DNA from: Eledone cirrhosa
Taxonomy: Eukaryota
Reading direction: 5' to 3'
Assembly: GCA_964016885.1 (NCBI GenBank)
Contig: OZ024743.1
Location: forward strand, 295,678,001 to 295,742,000
DNA: 64,000 nucleotides
Shown: piece by piece, positions 14,148-28,670 of the stretch
Numbering within the stretch: the first letter of the stretch is position 1
How the letters are laid out: the number at the start of each line of letters is the position of its first letter
Program-made: the position numbers and the translations under genes
Notes under the pieces: generated by a model
The model's input: only the letters and a program-made list of their open reading frames with translations
What the model was told of the DNA's origin: nothing
Database searches by the model: none

Positions 14148-15008
14148 TTTTCGTTGCTTCACCATCTTTGTTTGTTTACACTCTCGCTGTTCCCTTTATT
14201 TACGTGTCCCAACGACTTTCTTTAGCCGTTTCTCGCACCAACTGGAGGTATATGGTCTTTAAAGCGAAGAAATACTGAGGATGGTTGGAAGATCACTGAT
14301 GATGGACCAACTTTATTCATATGTAACCCATTTGCAACCACACACCATGTTTATTATCATATTTACACATATATTTTCCCCCGCTGTGACACGTCTATTT
14401 CGTTCTTACTGCTTCCTCTTTCTCTGTATCTTTACTCTCTCTAACAGTCACTCTCTCTGTTAGCCTCTTCCTCACCCTTCACTCACTCACTCTCTGTTAC
14501 TACCTCTCCTCCTCCTCCTCCTCCTCCTTCCTGTTTGACCTGTGCGTAATTCTTTTCTTTTGCACGCTTGGCAAGGCCGGTTCCCCTTTTTTCTCTCTCT
14601 TGTCTACGATTTCACAGAACTTATGTTCACCGAATTCACGGACTAGACTCCTTCTTCCACCCGTTTGACCTGTGCGGAATTCCTTCCTTGTTCACATTTC
14701 AACCAGGTTTGATGGTCTTTATTCTCTCTCGTTCACGATTTCACCGAACTTATACTCATGGAAATTTGGGACTTGACTCGTTTTTACTCACTTTTCGTTG
14801 CTTCACCATCTTTGTTTGTTTACACTCTAGCTGTTCCCTTTATTTACTTGTCCCAACGACTTTCTTTAGCTGTTGCTCGCACCAACCGGAGGTATATGGT
14901 CTTTAAAGCGAAGAAATACCGAGGATGGTTGGAAGATCACTGATGAAGGACCAACTTTATTCATATGTAACACATTTTCAACCACGCAGCACGTTTATTA
15001 TCATATTT

Positions 15009-15012
<4 letters not shown>
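14144..15012. repeat. Non-coding element with ~225 bp direct terminal repeats (14144-14370, 14788-15012) and an internal ~130 bp duplication, between microsatellites
   Basis: tcacttttcgttgcttcaccatc...tcatatttacaca occurs twice; gtttgacctgtgcg...gactc at ~14533 and ~14663. Confidence 0.8.
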
Positions 15013-15092
<80 letters not shown>

Positions 15093-15094
<2 letters not shown>

Positions 15095-15227
15095 CGAAGG
15101 AAATGTGGTAAGGAACCAGGTGGACCATAACGCACCAAAGTACTCAATACTTGAAGTAGTAGAGTGGGTAATAGGAACCAGTAAGACCCCGACAGCTGAG
15201 CTCAGCTGTCGGGGTCTTACTGGTTCC

Positions 15228-15230
<3 letters not shown>
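15093..15230 (-). mobile_element. Family B short fold-back element with perfect 60-bp palindrome (15171-15230)
   Basis: ataggaaccagtaagaccccgacagctgag|ctcagctgtcggggtcttactggttcctat; tail shared with 31410-31492 and 42131-42213. Confidence 0.85.
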
Positions 15231-15258
<28 letters not shown>

Positions 15259-16180
15259 GTGTCCGGACCCGAGGGGTGAGCCCTTGCCATTTCAACGGTT
15301 AGTTCCAGACTGTTTGCCGAAGGGCTTGGCAGCTTATTGGGTGTATCATCAGGAAGCACAACTTCACACACCGTTCACTAACAGGGCCCCAATAGCACCG
15401 AGAAATAAACACAGAGATGGCGCTTATGCACAAACAAGAACAATTTCACACAAACCTCATCAACATATCCCACTAATACCCAGATATACACAGAACTAGC
15501 TCTTATTGAAGCCCCTGGGCCGACAGTCCCAAACCGAAACACATAAAATCCAAACAAAATTAATAGCACATGCAACCAGTACATAAGCAGCTCCTCTTAT
15601 ACCTACCCAACCTGCCCATCAAACCCTTCAGCCACATATATTTACTCCTAAATACAACAACATTTTTCCGATAGCGGTATTAAAAGGACAACACGCATCC
15701 TAGAAATCCACTATAGAAATATTAATACCTAATTGCACACAGAGAGCCCCCGAGATACCCCTTGGAACACATAGATATCTAAGACAAACATAGGCCCATT
15801 ACATTGTAAAATAAATATTAATAATCCACTTCACCTCTTCCACCACCACCAACTCCGATTTACCACGAAATGTGGATATTTTAAGTAAATCAACTTTATA
15901 ATCCTAACCGTGATGTATGGTAATTTAAGTGCTAGCTTTGTTACTAGTAAATAAACTTGAAATAAAAAATCTACTAGATTCTATATTAATAGCACCGACT
16001 GGTTGTTCCTTGTTTTTTTTCAGAGAACTAACAAATAAGTCGTCACTTCATTGGCAGATACATTTAATTTGCCAATCGGTGAATTTGGACAATTCTTTGA
16101 GTAGGGCGACAAACTGCTAGGTCTGACACCAGTTCTATTGACCTGTTATCTGAATGTCACGATAACCATGCTGCCAGGGG

Positions 16181-16278
<98 letters not shown>

Positions 16279-16284
16279 ATATAT

Positions 16285-16482
16285 AAGTTATTTCAGGTTG
16301 AGTGGAGATAACCACAGTAAGTAAGGTAGTCAATACATAGCAGAATATACAAGTTTTAATATAGAAGAGCTTCTACAGGACTAGAACTGTTTCATTCGTG
16401 AGAAATCATCAGGAAGCTCCTGGTGATTTCTCACGAATGAAACAGTTCTAGTCCTGTAGAAGCTCTTCTATATTAAAACTAT
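16285..16482. mobile_element. Family A fold-back pLTR element with back-to-back HHRs
   Basis: Arms ~16352-16415 / 16416-16481, plus tail 16285-16351; flanked by (TA)n. Confidence 0.88.
16367..16419 (-). ncRNA. Type I hammerhead ribozyme, family A
   Basis: rc: gagcttc CTGATGA t ttc tcac gaa t GAAAcag ttctagtc ctGTA gaagctc. Confidence 0.85.
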
Positions 16483-16580
16483 ATATATAATAATAATAAT
16501 AAATGTGAATACTAAAATCCAAAGAGGGCTCGATAAGGATAAATATATATCAAATATATAAGAACCGTAGAGCAAATATT

Positions 16581-16796
<216 letters not shown>

Positions 16797-16893
16797 TGAA
16801 ATTTCCGTTGAAAACAGAAAAGGTCATAGAAGTGAAGAGTGCTCTATGTAAGTATCAGAGCAAAATTTAATGTATAAAAATCAATACAATATA

Positions 16894-16971
16894 ATTACCT
16901 CATTACCAGAGGTTTCCCGAATGAGGCGAATACGAAAGAAGCGTCTTCATTCGTTCGTCAGACGAGGCAAT
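16894..16971 (-). ncRNA. Type I hammerhead ribozyme, family C
   Basis: Reverse complement of 19810-19886 with intact CTGACGA/GAAA/GTA core. Confidence 0.85.
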
Positions 16972-17525
16972 ATAAAACATGGGTAAATACTTGGAAAGTC
17001 TCGTCAAGAAAATCAAAAAAAAGATATAGACAAATGAATTAGAATATGAAATATATAATAATCTTTCAAGAAATATAGTTAGGTGTGTGTATATGTATGT
17101 ATATACGCTCACAGATGTGCATATATGTGTATGCACATATGTATACGTATAGTGAAAAAGTGTGCGTAAATATAAAATTTAGGGCAAATGTATCTGTATG
17201 TCTGTAATCTACAGACAGAATAGATACATCATAAGAATGTGAATATGAAGGCGCGCGCATAAACACACCTACACACACGTACACTTAGATGCGGAAGTAA
17301 AAGAGGTAAGGGAGTGTAATACTTAAAGGAAAGTATCAATCTCGATATATTTATAAAAATGGAACAATGATTTGGAAAGAAAAAATTTAGAAAGAAAAAA
17401 AATTAAAGAAAAGAAGACAAAAAAGGGTACATACATACAGAGACACGCATATCTCACAAAAGAAACGCAAAAATATACATGCTTATATACACACGCACAC
17501 TTACACATCCATACGTTCTATACGT

Positions 17526-17556
<31 letters not shown>

Positions 17557-17732
17557 TACACTCACGCATATTGACCTGTTTGCATGCACACGCATAAAAT
17601 GAGTAAGTAAAAAAAGGGGGGGGGGGGGAGAAGAAAAAAGGAACAAAACATAAAACCTAGATGTCAAAACACGGATATAAAGACACATACACGTACGCAT
17701 ACACATATACATACACACACATATATATATAT

Positions 17733-17796
<64 letters not shown>

Positions 17797-18114
17797 GCGC
17801 GCGCACATACGTAGTCGCTCATGTACATATATAGAAAGTATACACACATTAAGGCGTTCAGCCATATTGATACAGGGTGTAAAAAACTTGTGGATAAGTA
17901 AGTACAAATATAAAATTGTAAGATTGGCTACGCAAAAATAAAAAAATAAAAATAAAAATGAAAAATATATCTGGAATTGGAAAACACAAATGACTGTCTA
18001 ATCAGTTAGTGAAGGAAAAAGGGAAGTAAAAAAAGGGGAAGTAAAAAATGGAAAGTGAATCGGACAATAAAGGGGGGGGGGGGGTTATTGGTGGATGTGA
18101 AGTAAAAATAAAGA

Positions 18115-18396
18115 TTTACAACAGCTCTGGCTAGCAGAATTTGGGATTTGAAAGACCAAGGCATCCAATATAAATTAGATTGGTCAATTTTGAACCAATC
18201 TAAAGAATATGCTAGAGGAACAAGAAAATGCACGCTCTGCATAAATGAAAAATATTGGATATTGCAAAATCTAAAATCACCAAAGACCTGCCTGAACACA
18301 AAGACGGAAATTTTCACCAGTTGCCCACACATGAAATCACACCTGCTTTCCAGCTCATATAAACTTAACACACTTTCAGATACTTATCCTCCATAA
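18115..18396 (+). pseudogene. PLE GIY-YIG endonuclease C-terminal fragment (CxLC..EK..LN..E..CxH type)
   Basis: IWDLKDQGIQYKLDWSIL...KCTLCINEKYWI...LNTKTEIFTSCPH. Confidence 0.8.
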
Positions 18397-18463
18397 ACTC
18401 TTATTCTCTTTTTAATTACCCTTTCTGACTTACTTTCATTTTTACCCTTGTCAGTAATTTCAT

Positions 18464-18693
18464 TTATTTTTATTTTTATTATTTTTATATTTTTATTTTT
18501 ATTTTTATTTTTATTTTTATTTTTATTTTTATTTTTATTTTTATTTTTATTTTTATTTTTATTTTTATTTTTATTTTTATTTTTATTTTTATTTTTATTT
18601 TTATTTTTATTTTTATTTTTATTTTTATTTTTATTTTTATTTTTATTTTTATTTTTATTTTTATTTTTATTTTTATTTTTATTTTTATTTTTA
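18464..18693. repeat. (TTTTTA)n tract inside the PLE 3' UTR
   Basis: Direct reading. Confidence 0.95.
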
Positions 18694-19000
18694 CTTCACA
18701 TCCACCAATACCCCCCCCCCCCTTTATTCTCCGATTCACTTTCCATTTTTTACTTCCCCTTTTTTTACTTCCCTTTTTCCTTCACTAACTGATTAGACTT
18801 GTCATTTGTGTTTTCCATCCAGATATATTTTTCATTTTTATTTTTATTTTTTTATTTTTGCGCAGCCAATCTTACAATTTTATATGTGTACTTACTTATC
18901 CACAAGTTTTTTACACCCTGTATCAATATGGCTGAACGCCTTAATGTGTGTATACTTTCTATATATGTACATGAGCGACTACGTATGTGCGCGCGCGTGC

Positions 19001-19058
<58 letters not shown>

Positions 19059-19218
19059 GTGTGTGTATGTATATGTGTATGCGTACGTGTATGTGTCTTT
19101 ATATCCGTGTTTTGACATCTAGGTTTTATGTTTTGTTCCTTTTTAATTCTCCCCCCTTTTTTTTACTTACTCATTTTTATGCGTGTGCATGCAAACAGGT
19201 CAATATGCGTGAGTGTAA

Positions 19219-19275
<57 letters not shown>

Positions 19276-19809
19276 TATTGAACGTATGGATGTGTAAGTG
19301 TGCATGTTTATATAAGCATGTATATTTTTGCGTTTCTTTTGTGAGATATGCGTGTCTGTGTATGTATGTACCCTTTTTTGTCTTCTTTTCTTTAATTTTA
19401 TCTTTCTAAATTATTGTTCCATTTTTATAAATATATCGAGATTGATACTTTCCTTTAATTATTACACTCCCTTACCTCTTTTACTTCCGCATCTAAGTGT
19501 ACGTGTGTGTAGGTGTGTTTATGCGCGCGCCTTCATATTCATATTCTTATGATGTATCTATTCTGTCTGTAGATTACAGACATACAGATACATTTGCCCT
19601 AAATTTTATATTTACGCACACTTTTTCACTATACGTATACATATGTGCATACACATATATGCACATCTGTGAGCGTATATACATACATATACACACACCT
19701 AACTATATTTCTTGAAAGATTATTATATATTTCATATTCTAATTCATTTGTCTATATCTTTTTTTTGATTTTCTTGACGAGACTTTCCAAGTATTTACCC
19801 ATGTTTTAT

Positions 19810-19886
19810 ATTGCCTCGTCTGACGAACGAATGAAGACGCTTCTTCGTATTCTCCTCATTCGGGAAACCTCTGGTAATGAGGTAAT
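19810..19886 (+). ncRNA. Type I hammerhead ribozyme, family C
   Basis: attgcctcgt CTGACGA a cgaatga...tcattcg g GAAAcc tct gGTA atgaggtaat; 10-bp stem I including two G-U pairs. Confidence 0.88.
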
Positions 19887-19908
19887 TATATTGTATTGAT
19901 TTTTATAC

Positions 19909-19949
<41 letters not shown>

Positions 19950-19959
19950 ATACAAGGAC

Positions 19960-20137
19960 GAATGGTTAAGCCTTCATTATGTTTAATGATTGGTGACGCG
20001 CGTTTCGCTACTGATCAGCTCAAGGTTCGATATCTATCGATCTGGCCCGACGAGCCAGATCGATACAGAGGGAACCCTGAGCTGATCAATAGTGAATCAC
20101 GCGTCACCATTCAATAAACGTAATGCAGGCTTAACGA
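19960..20137. mobile_element. Older imperfect fold-back element with decayed HHR core at its centre
   Basis: tcgatctggc ccgacga gccagatcga centre; left arm rc reads gcGAAACgcgcGTCacca. Confidence 0.65.
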
Positions 20138-20204
20138 ATCGCCCTTGCATTATTAGATTACACTCTTATATTATATTATATTATATTACACTATTATATG
20201 CACA

Positions 20205-20398
20205 TCGGTGGATTGGCAGTATCGGTAGAAGGTCGGACGCCATGCTTTGTAGCATAGAGTTACGGCCCTTTATGATCTGAGTTCAACTCCCGCCGAAGTT
20301 AACCTTGCCTTTCATCCTTACGGAGTCGATAAAATAAAGTACCAGTAATGCACTGGGATAATTGCTTGCCTTGTGCCAAAAGTAGAAACAATTATTAT
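20205..20398 (+). mobile_element. tRNA-derived SINE with Nin/Deu-like domain
   Basis: A-box-like tggcagtatcggtag, B-box-like gagttcaactccc, core ttgcctttcatccttacggagtcgataaaataaagtaccagt. Confidence 0.75.
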
Positions 20399-20477
20399 AT
20401 TACACTCTGTCTACTGACGTGAACCTAAACGTCGAGTGCTCACCTGGGTGAACCTACAGTAACTTCGCGTTACACTT

Positions 20478-20524
<47 letters not shown>

Positions 20525-20529
<5 letters not shown>

Positions 20530-21100
20530 ATACAATAACAGAGATAGCTTAACGCTAAACTCCGACTGGTATCCATCTCACTCAACAAACATTAGGTTAT
20601 ATGTTAGTGTAACCCAATTTAAGTGCTAACTATATGTATTTTGTGGAAAGCCAGTTGTATTATTTTATGAAATATAATTAAATATATCTCTCTTTCCAAA
20701 CAATTGTTTCATTATAATTTTCTACAAATTGGGAGAATGTTTCCAGTTTATTTAGAAGCCTAACATATATTCATGTAAGAATATATTTAGGTGGGCACTT
20801 ATAAATCTTCAGTGGAAGCCCATTAAACTTTGAAATATGAAAAAATTCTTACCGCAGTTAAAAATCGTGTCTGCTAAACTGCTCCTTCACGCATCGAATG
20901 ACGGCCAAATTTGAAATTCCAGCAGTCTTTTGACTGAGGAAGTTTCATAGCGTCACGAAGCGGGAAAGGGAGACAACCACGACACGAGAAGAGAAAAAAA
21001 TAATATACACTCGGGTTAATTAGTCTTTTCAAAAACATTATCAATCCAACGTGTTAAGAACTCAATTGAAATTAAAAAAATAAATGTATGCGTGTATTAA
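20525..21100 (-). mobile_element. pLTR-like remnant carrying an HHR; 3' end shared with 53644-53840
   Basis: tttaatacaataacagagatagctt...gccagttgtattattttat recurs at 53644-53820; bounded by (TA)n. Confidence 0.65.
20694..20817 (-). ncRNA. Type I hammerhead ribozyme with long stem II insertion
   Basis: rc: ttcca CTGAAGA t ttataa ...~80 nt... ttataa t GAAAC aatt GTT tggaa; palindromic stem III AACAATTGTT. Confidence 0.7.
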
Positions 21101-21144
21101 TTACACACTCATATATATATATATATATAGTTTTAATATAGATG

Positions 21145-21195
21145 AGATTCTACAGGACTAGAACTGTTTCATTCTTTAGAAATCATCAGGAGTCT
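21145..21195 (-). ncRNA. Type I hammerhead ribozyme, family A
   Basis: Reverse complement of 25237-25287. Confidence 0.8.
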
Positions 21196-22090
21196 GGGTA
21201 TCAAAAAATAAGTATGGTATTTATAGGTCTCTACAAGTGGTAGGAGAGGGTGGGGAGTGGGATGGGTGTAGGTCATTGGTTGATAGAAAAGGGAATTCAT
21301 TAAAAGCTAATTCTACAAAGCTATAGTTTATTTTTATTTTTATTTTTATTTATATTTATTTTTGTTTTTAGAGTAACAAAGGCAGACAGAACTCTATAAA
21401 AGGGAATTCATTAAAAGCTAATTCTACAAAGCTATAGTTTATTTTTATTTTTATTTATATTTATTTTTGTTTTTAGAGTAACAAAGGCAGACAGAACTCT
21501 ATAAAGAGGTTCAGGATGGCATGCCATTCCTTGTTATTAAGTTTCTCTTAAGCTAATAGGTGTCTATAAGATCAGTGGGGGGTCAGTCATGGTTGATGGA
21601 TTTAAAGGAAAGGGAGATTATTTAAAAGCTAAAATCATTAAGGTTCTACTAAGTGACAAAGGTTTAGAGAATTCTGTAGACAAATTCAAAATATTGAGTG
21701 CATATCTTACAATTATCCTCAAATTTCTCTTAAACTATTCAACTATATGCCAGAAATCAACAGACACATTCACAAAACACACTCACTCACACACTCGCGC
21801 GCAACCATAAACACACATACACATACACATATACACACATAAAAACACACACACACATATATACATATATATATATATACATATATATAAATATATTTAT
21901 ATACATATATATATACATATATATATACATACATATATATATATATACATATATACATATACACACACACACACATACATACACACATATATATACACAC
22001 ATGTGTATATATATATACATATATATACACACATATATATATATATATATATATAAAAATATATACATACATACACACACATACACACAC

Positions 22091-22135
<45 letters not shown>

Positions 22136-22289
22136 TATATACAAAAATATAAGGAAAAATTGAACGGGAACAAAACAACATATATATATACACACACATA
22201 CACCATACATACATATATTTATATATATATATAGAGAGAGAGAGAGATACACCATTCATACATATATTCATATAAATAAATATAAATAC

Positions 22290-22367
<78 letters not shown>

Positions 22368-22649
22368 ATACACATACAGATACATATATACATATATACA
22401 TATATATATATATACACACATATACATATATATATATATACACACACATACATATAAACATATACATACACACATACATACACATATATATATATATACA
22501 CATACACATACATATACACACACATATATACACACATATACATATACATAAATATATATATATATATGCACACACATATATACACACACACACACACATA
22601 CACATATAAATACATACATACACATACATATACACATATACACATATAC

Positions 22650-22702
<53 letters not shown>

Positions 22703-22758
22703 CACACACACACATACACACACATACACACACACACACACATATACGTACACACATC

Positions 22759-22805
<47 letters not shown>

Positions 22806-22814
22806 TTTTTTTTT

Positions 22815-22915
22815 AGAGAATTGGATTCGCAATCGTAAGGTTGTGAGTTCGATTCCTGGACCAGGCGATGCATTATGTCCTTGAGCAAGACACTTTATTT
22901 CACGTTGCTCCTTCT
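22815..22915 (+). mobile_element. tRNA-derived CORE-like SINE fragment
   Basis: B-box gagttcgattcc followed by tgtccttgagcaagacactt. Confidence 0.7.
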
Positions 22916-23008
22916 ACCTGGAGTTGCGACCGATAGATAGTATTAGCAATTGGAACGACCAACGGAAACATTGTTCCCTCGGTCCGATTTGATGAAAGTC
23001 GATCGTTC

Positions 23009-23088
<80 letters not shown>

Positions 23089-23255
23089 CATACACATATA
23101 TATACAAACACACACACATATATATACACATACACATACACACAAATGCATACATGCATATATATATATATATATATACATATATATACATATATATATA
23201 TATATACACATACATACATATACACATATATATATACATATATATACACATATAT

Positions 23256-23300
<45 letters not shown>

Positions 23301-23356
23301 TATACATACACACATACATACACATATACATACATATATACACATATATACACACT

Positions 23357-23407
<51 letters not shown>

Positions 23408-23490
23408 GCACACACACACATATATATATACATATATATATACACATATATACATACACATACACACATATACATATGTACATACATATA

Positions 23491-23790
<300 letters not shown>

Positions 23791-23812
23791 GTACTTATAT
23801 ATATATATAAGT

Positions 23813-23854
<42 letters not shown>

Positions 23855-24441
23855 AATATATACACACACATACACACACACACATATACATACATACATA
23901 TACATATACACACACACACACACAAACACACATATACACACATATATACATATATATACACACATACATACACATACATACAAATATATATATATACATA
24001 AATAAACACATATACACACATATATATACACATACACATACATATACACACATACACACAAATATATACACATACAAATAAATAAGTACTCAATAAATAT
24101 ACGCATATACGCAGGCACATAAAAACACCTCTACAGGCAGAAAATGTAGATAGGTAAGAGTTACTCACGTAACCATAGTGGCCGTATTTCAGGTTGAGGA
24201 GGGGTGGGTGTAGGGTGGGAAGGAGGTATAGGGATCAATAGGAGGAGTGTGTATGTATGTGTGTGTGTGTATATGTATATATGTATATATATATATGTAT
24301 GTATGTATATGTGTATGTAAGTGTGTATGTATATGTGTATATGTATGTGTGTATATATATATATATATGTGTATATATGTGTATATATATGTATATATAT
24401 ATGTGTATATGTATGTATGTGTATATATATATATATGTATA

Positions 24442-24472
<31 letters not shown>

Positions 24473-24541
24473 GCATGTATGTATTTGTGTGTATGTGTAT
24501 GTGTATATATGTGTGTGTGTGTTTGTATATATATGTGTATG

Positions 24542-24632
<91 letters not shown>

Positions 24633-24667
24633 ATATATGTATATATATATATGTATATAAATATATT

Positions 24668-24698
<31 letters not shown>

Positions 24699-25236
24699 GT
24701 GTGTATATGTGTATGTGTATGTGTGTTTATGGTTGCGCGCGAGTGTGTGAGTGAGTGTGTTTTGTGAATGTGTCTGTTGATTTCTGGCATATAGTTGAAT
24801 AGTTTAAGAGAAATTTGAGGATAATTGTAAGATATGCACTCAATATTTTGAATTTGTCTACAGAATTCTCTAAACCTTTGTCACTTAGTAGAACCTTAAT
24901 GATTTTAGCTTTTAAATAATCTCCCTTTCCTTTAAATCCATCAACCATGACTGTCCCCCCACTGATCTTATAGACACCTATTAGCTTAAGAGAAACTTAA
25001 TAACAAGGAATGGCATGCCATCCTGAACCTCTTTATAGAGTTCTGTCTGCCTTTGTTACTCTAAAAACAAAAATAAATATAAATAAAAATAAAAATAAAA
25101 ATAAACTATAGCTTTGTAGAATTAGCTTTTAATGAATTCCCTTTTCTATCAACCAATGACCTACACCCATCCCACTCCCCACCCTCTCCTACCACTTGTA
25201 GAGACCTATAAATACCATACTTATTTTTTGATACCC

Positions 25237-25287
25237 AGACTCCTGATGATTTCTAAAGAATGAAACAGTTCTAGTCCTGTAGAATCT
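25237..25287 (+). ncRNA. Type I hammerhead ribozyme, family A
   Basis: agactc CTGATGA t ttc taaa gaa t GAAAcag ttctagtc ctGTA gaatct; one stem I mismatch. Confidence 0.8.
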
Positions 25288-25369
25288 CATCTATATTAAA
25301 ACTTTTATACTCTGCAATGTATTGTGTACCTTACTTACTGTGGTTACCTCCGATTCAACCCGGAATAAC

Positions 25370-25499
<130 letters not shown>

Positions 25500-26049
25500 A
25501 CGGCAATGCGACTATACGTTTATTTATCAATCACTATATCTATTTATATAAGATCAGTTGTTTGCAATCGTAGACATATTTATAGAATGTATACGTCACT
25601 TTGTTACTACTAACTGTATTATACAATTTGTTGATCCTTTTGTTAACATTGTTTATATATATTAATGCCTCTATACATTCTTTATGCCTATTTATGAATT
25701 ATATTTATGATATTAAACGAAAATATCTCCTTTTGTAGATTGTACGAAGAGACACTATGAATATTATGCTAGTATTGATGTTGTCGTCCCTGTTAATTTT
25801 GGCGTTGTTGTCGTTGTTTTAGTTATTCAGTTTGAAAGACTGTCAAAAATAGTAAAATATTTGTGAAGATGTAAACATTATTTATTTGTGCGACTACATG
25901 TTGAGTTTAAAATCCACTCGGTGATGTTAACTTTGGCTTCTATCTCTCTTGGGTTGACAAATTAAAAGTAATATAAGATATTTTGGTCAATTTAATCAAA
26001 AATATACTTAATGTTTATTAGCTCGCTTCAATATAACGTGTACCTTCAA

Positions 26050-26520
26050 AAGCAATAACATCATCATCATTATTTTCACATTCATCACCATCATCATCAT
26101 CGTAACCACGAACATCATCACCATCACCACCTACGCCATGATCATCGCGACCATCGTCATCGTCATCATTTCTACTCCACCCCATCATCACAACAATTAT
26201 CACCACTATCACCAGTATCACTATCATCACCCCCAAAATTACCGCCCCCATCACCACCACCATCATATTCAATATTATCTCCACCCTCATCCTCATTAAC
26301 AACAGCAGTAGCCGTAACATTACACATTTCTTATCAACATCACCATCATGACTATCATCACTACCACACCTTCATCACAACAACAGCCACCCAACACCAC
26401 CACCATCATATTTATCGTCATCCACAAGAACAACAGGAACATCACATAGTTATCATCCTCAACATCACAAACACCAGCGTTATCACTTCAACTACCAACA
26501 CCGTCATCATCATCGTTGTT
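26050..26520. repeat. Degenerate (CAT/CAC)n low-complexity tract
   Basis: Direct reading. Confidence 0.85.
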
Positions 26521-26872
26521 GTTGTTATCTTTGGTGTAGGTGTTGTCTGGAATACACCTAATCCATAAGGCAAGTCAGTTCAAAGCAGGCTTAGTATATT
26601 CCTACCATATTCTACTTACATCTAATGACAGAACTGTCAGAGTTAGGAGTTTACAAATTATTTCTAACAACCGCAGAATCAACAACAAGCGACAGTTGGA
26701 GAATCTCGTAGAGGTCGACCTATTTTGTATTGGTATCATAAAATCCTTTAATATTCTCCTATAATAGAAACTCAATCACATTTGTATTATGGGATTTCCA
26801 TCGCTTCCGACAACGAGTATTCCAGTTGTTCGTGCAACGGCTATAAGTCTGTTTACGTATGATATATATATA

Positions 26873-27161
26873 CGAGGGTCGGTTGAAAAGTTCATAGGCT
26901 GAAAGTTGTATAAGCTGACAAAGATTCTCTCATGGAATGCCCAAATGAGGTTTAATTTTCAACATAGTCCATGGACAGAAACAATGCAAAAGTAATACAA
27001 AGAGTTGAAATAATGCCCAAATGAGGTTTAATATTCAACATAGTCCCTGGACAGAAACAATGCAAGGTTAATACAATGAGTTGAAATTAATGTATGCAGA
27101 ATTCTACAACTCTAGCACTACTCCTTCGTGGTCATCCGATGAACTGTTCCGTCAACCCTCG
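26873..27161. mobile_element. Mariner-type MITE with TA target duplication and internal ~76 bp tandem duplication
   Basis: TA cgagggtcggttgaaaagttc ... gaactgttccgtcaaccctcg TA; atgcccaaatgaggtttaat occurs twice. Confidence 0.75.
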
Positions 27162-27339
27162 TATGATATTAAACGAAAACAAACTTGCCCGTTTGTAAAG
27201 TATACGAAGAAACACTATGAATATTATACTAGTACTCATGTTGTTGCTCTTGTTCTTGGCGTTGTTGTGGTCGTAAAATTACATACAAGTGCTTGCGCAT
27301 ACTTCAAATACGAGTGTGCATATTTAACACAATTCTCAG

Positions 27340-27470
27340 AGTGAATCTGTGGACGTGAGCAACATGAATTAAAATGTCTTAAATGCACAACGCATCACTG
27401 TGAGTCGAACACACCACCTTACGGACGTGAACGGAAAACTCTAAACACTAAATCACGTGACTTCACTACA
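27340..27470 (-). mobile_element. Degenerate tRNA/CORE-like SINE
   Basis: gagcaacatgaattaaaatgtctt...gagtcgaac...ctaaacacta resembles rc of 22815-22915. Confidence 0.45.
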
Positions 27471-28399
27471 TAAATATATATACATACAATATTGTTTCAC
27501 TGCATGAATGGTCATCCAAAACGATGTAAGATTTTGTAACAGACCAATGGCTTCATGTTCTCAGCGTTATATTTTTTTCATTTCCAATCTTTAGCATTGC
27601 CTCGATCATTGATGCTAAAGATACTTTCAGTTACAAAGATAAATAGTCCGCCTAAATGAAAGTGACACCACTTTTTGATAACCTCAACTATAATGTAATC
27701 CAGTGATGGAGAAAAGAATAATATAAGCCTGCCATTTTAGATTAAGAGAGACCCTGTTGATTAGATCAGACAGAGTAAACGGCATATGCTTGCGTACTTT
27801 ATACTTAACAGATTCAGTAATGTTTGCTTTTACATCATTGATTTCCGTTAATGCTTACTTTTAGAGAGGAAACTGGGCATTGATTCGTGACTTTATCCGT
27901 TCGGAGGAACTCATTGAAAATTGTAAATAAACAGGCCCTTAATAAAATTTAATGACTATGTATTTAATAGATACAAGCTGGTTTTTCGTTACGTGGAGTT
28001 AAACACAAGGCGTGAGAAACGAATTCATTATGGCTAATTTGATCAGCTAGAATGCTAATAAATCCAGTTAAAAATTTACATATATCGTTATTCGGTGTGA
28101 TTAAATTTACGAGCAAATTTTACGAGTTTTAATTTTTATGTTCCTCTTTTGCTTTATTGTATATGGTAATGCTATCTAAATAGGTGAAACTGCCTTTTAA
28201 CTCGTTTTCATCACTAAGATTGTCAAAACTTCATTTTTTGTAACTCCGAAATTAAATCGTTTGAACTGAAAGTGTTTCGAAAGTGAGACTCTGATTTCAA
28301 ATTAATAGAGTGATAATACAGATTACCCGACCTCCCATGGGTACAAGCTGAAGCATATAGACAATATGACCCCACACCCCCAACCGCAAGGTGGTCGTG

Positions 28400-28634
28400 G
28401 AGGTGCCACGACAAAAAAGCACCCAGCCCACACTGTAAAGTGGACGTGTAGGCACCACGAAAAAGCACCCAGCACTCACTGTAAATGAGGTTTGTGTTAG
28501 GAAGGGCATCCAGCTGTAGAAATCAAGCCAAATCAGTTCCTGTATGAGCAAGGCATGGTCAGCCAACCAGACACTGCCCACAACAGGACAACCCGTCTAA
28601 CCCATGCTAGCGTGGAAGAACGGACGTAAAACGG

Positions 28635-28670
<36 letters not shown>
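28400..28670 (+). mobile_element. SINE-like element with aggaagggcatccagctgtag motif and (GAT)n tail
   Basis: Meta/V-domain-like motif at ~28498-28520; 3' end ggacgtaaaacg(gat)n. Confidence 0.6.

Noticed and set aside
14290-14960. CTGATGA in each direct repeat as a hammerhead
   Set aside because: No GAAA or stem III at a compatible position
15255-15360. - strand CTGATGA...GAAA possible HHR
   Set aside because: Weak stem II and no stem I partner before the (TA)n; cannot be supported
21589-21810. Identical 73-aa ORF on both strands as a duplicated gene
   Set aside because: Consequence of the inverted repeat; antisense to the element, with no recognisable domain
22815-22870. tRNA gene
   Set aside because: B-box only, no cloverleaf; continues into a SINE core
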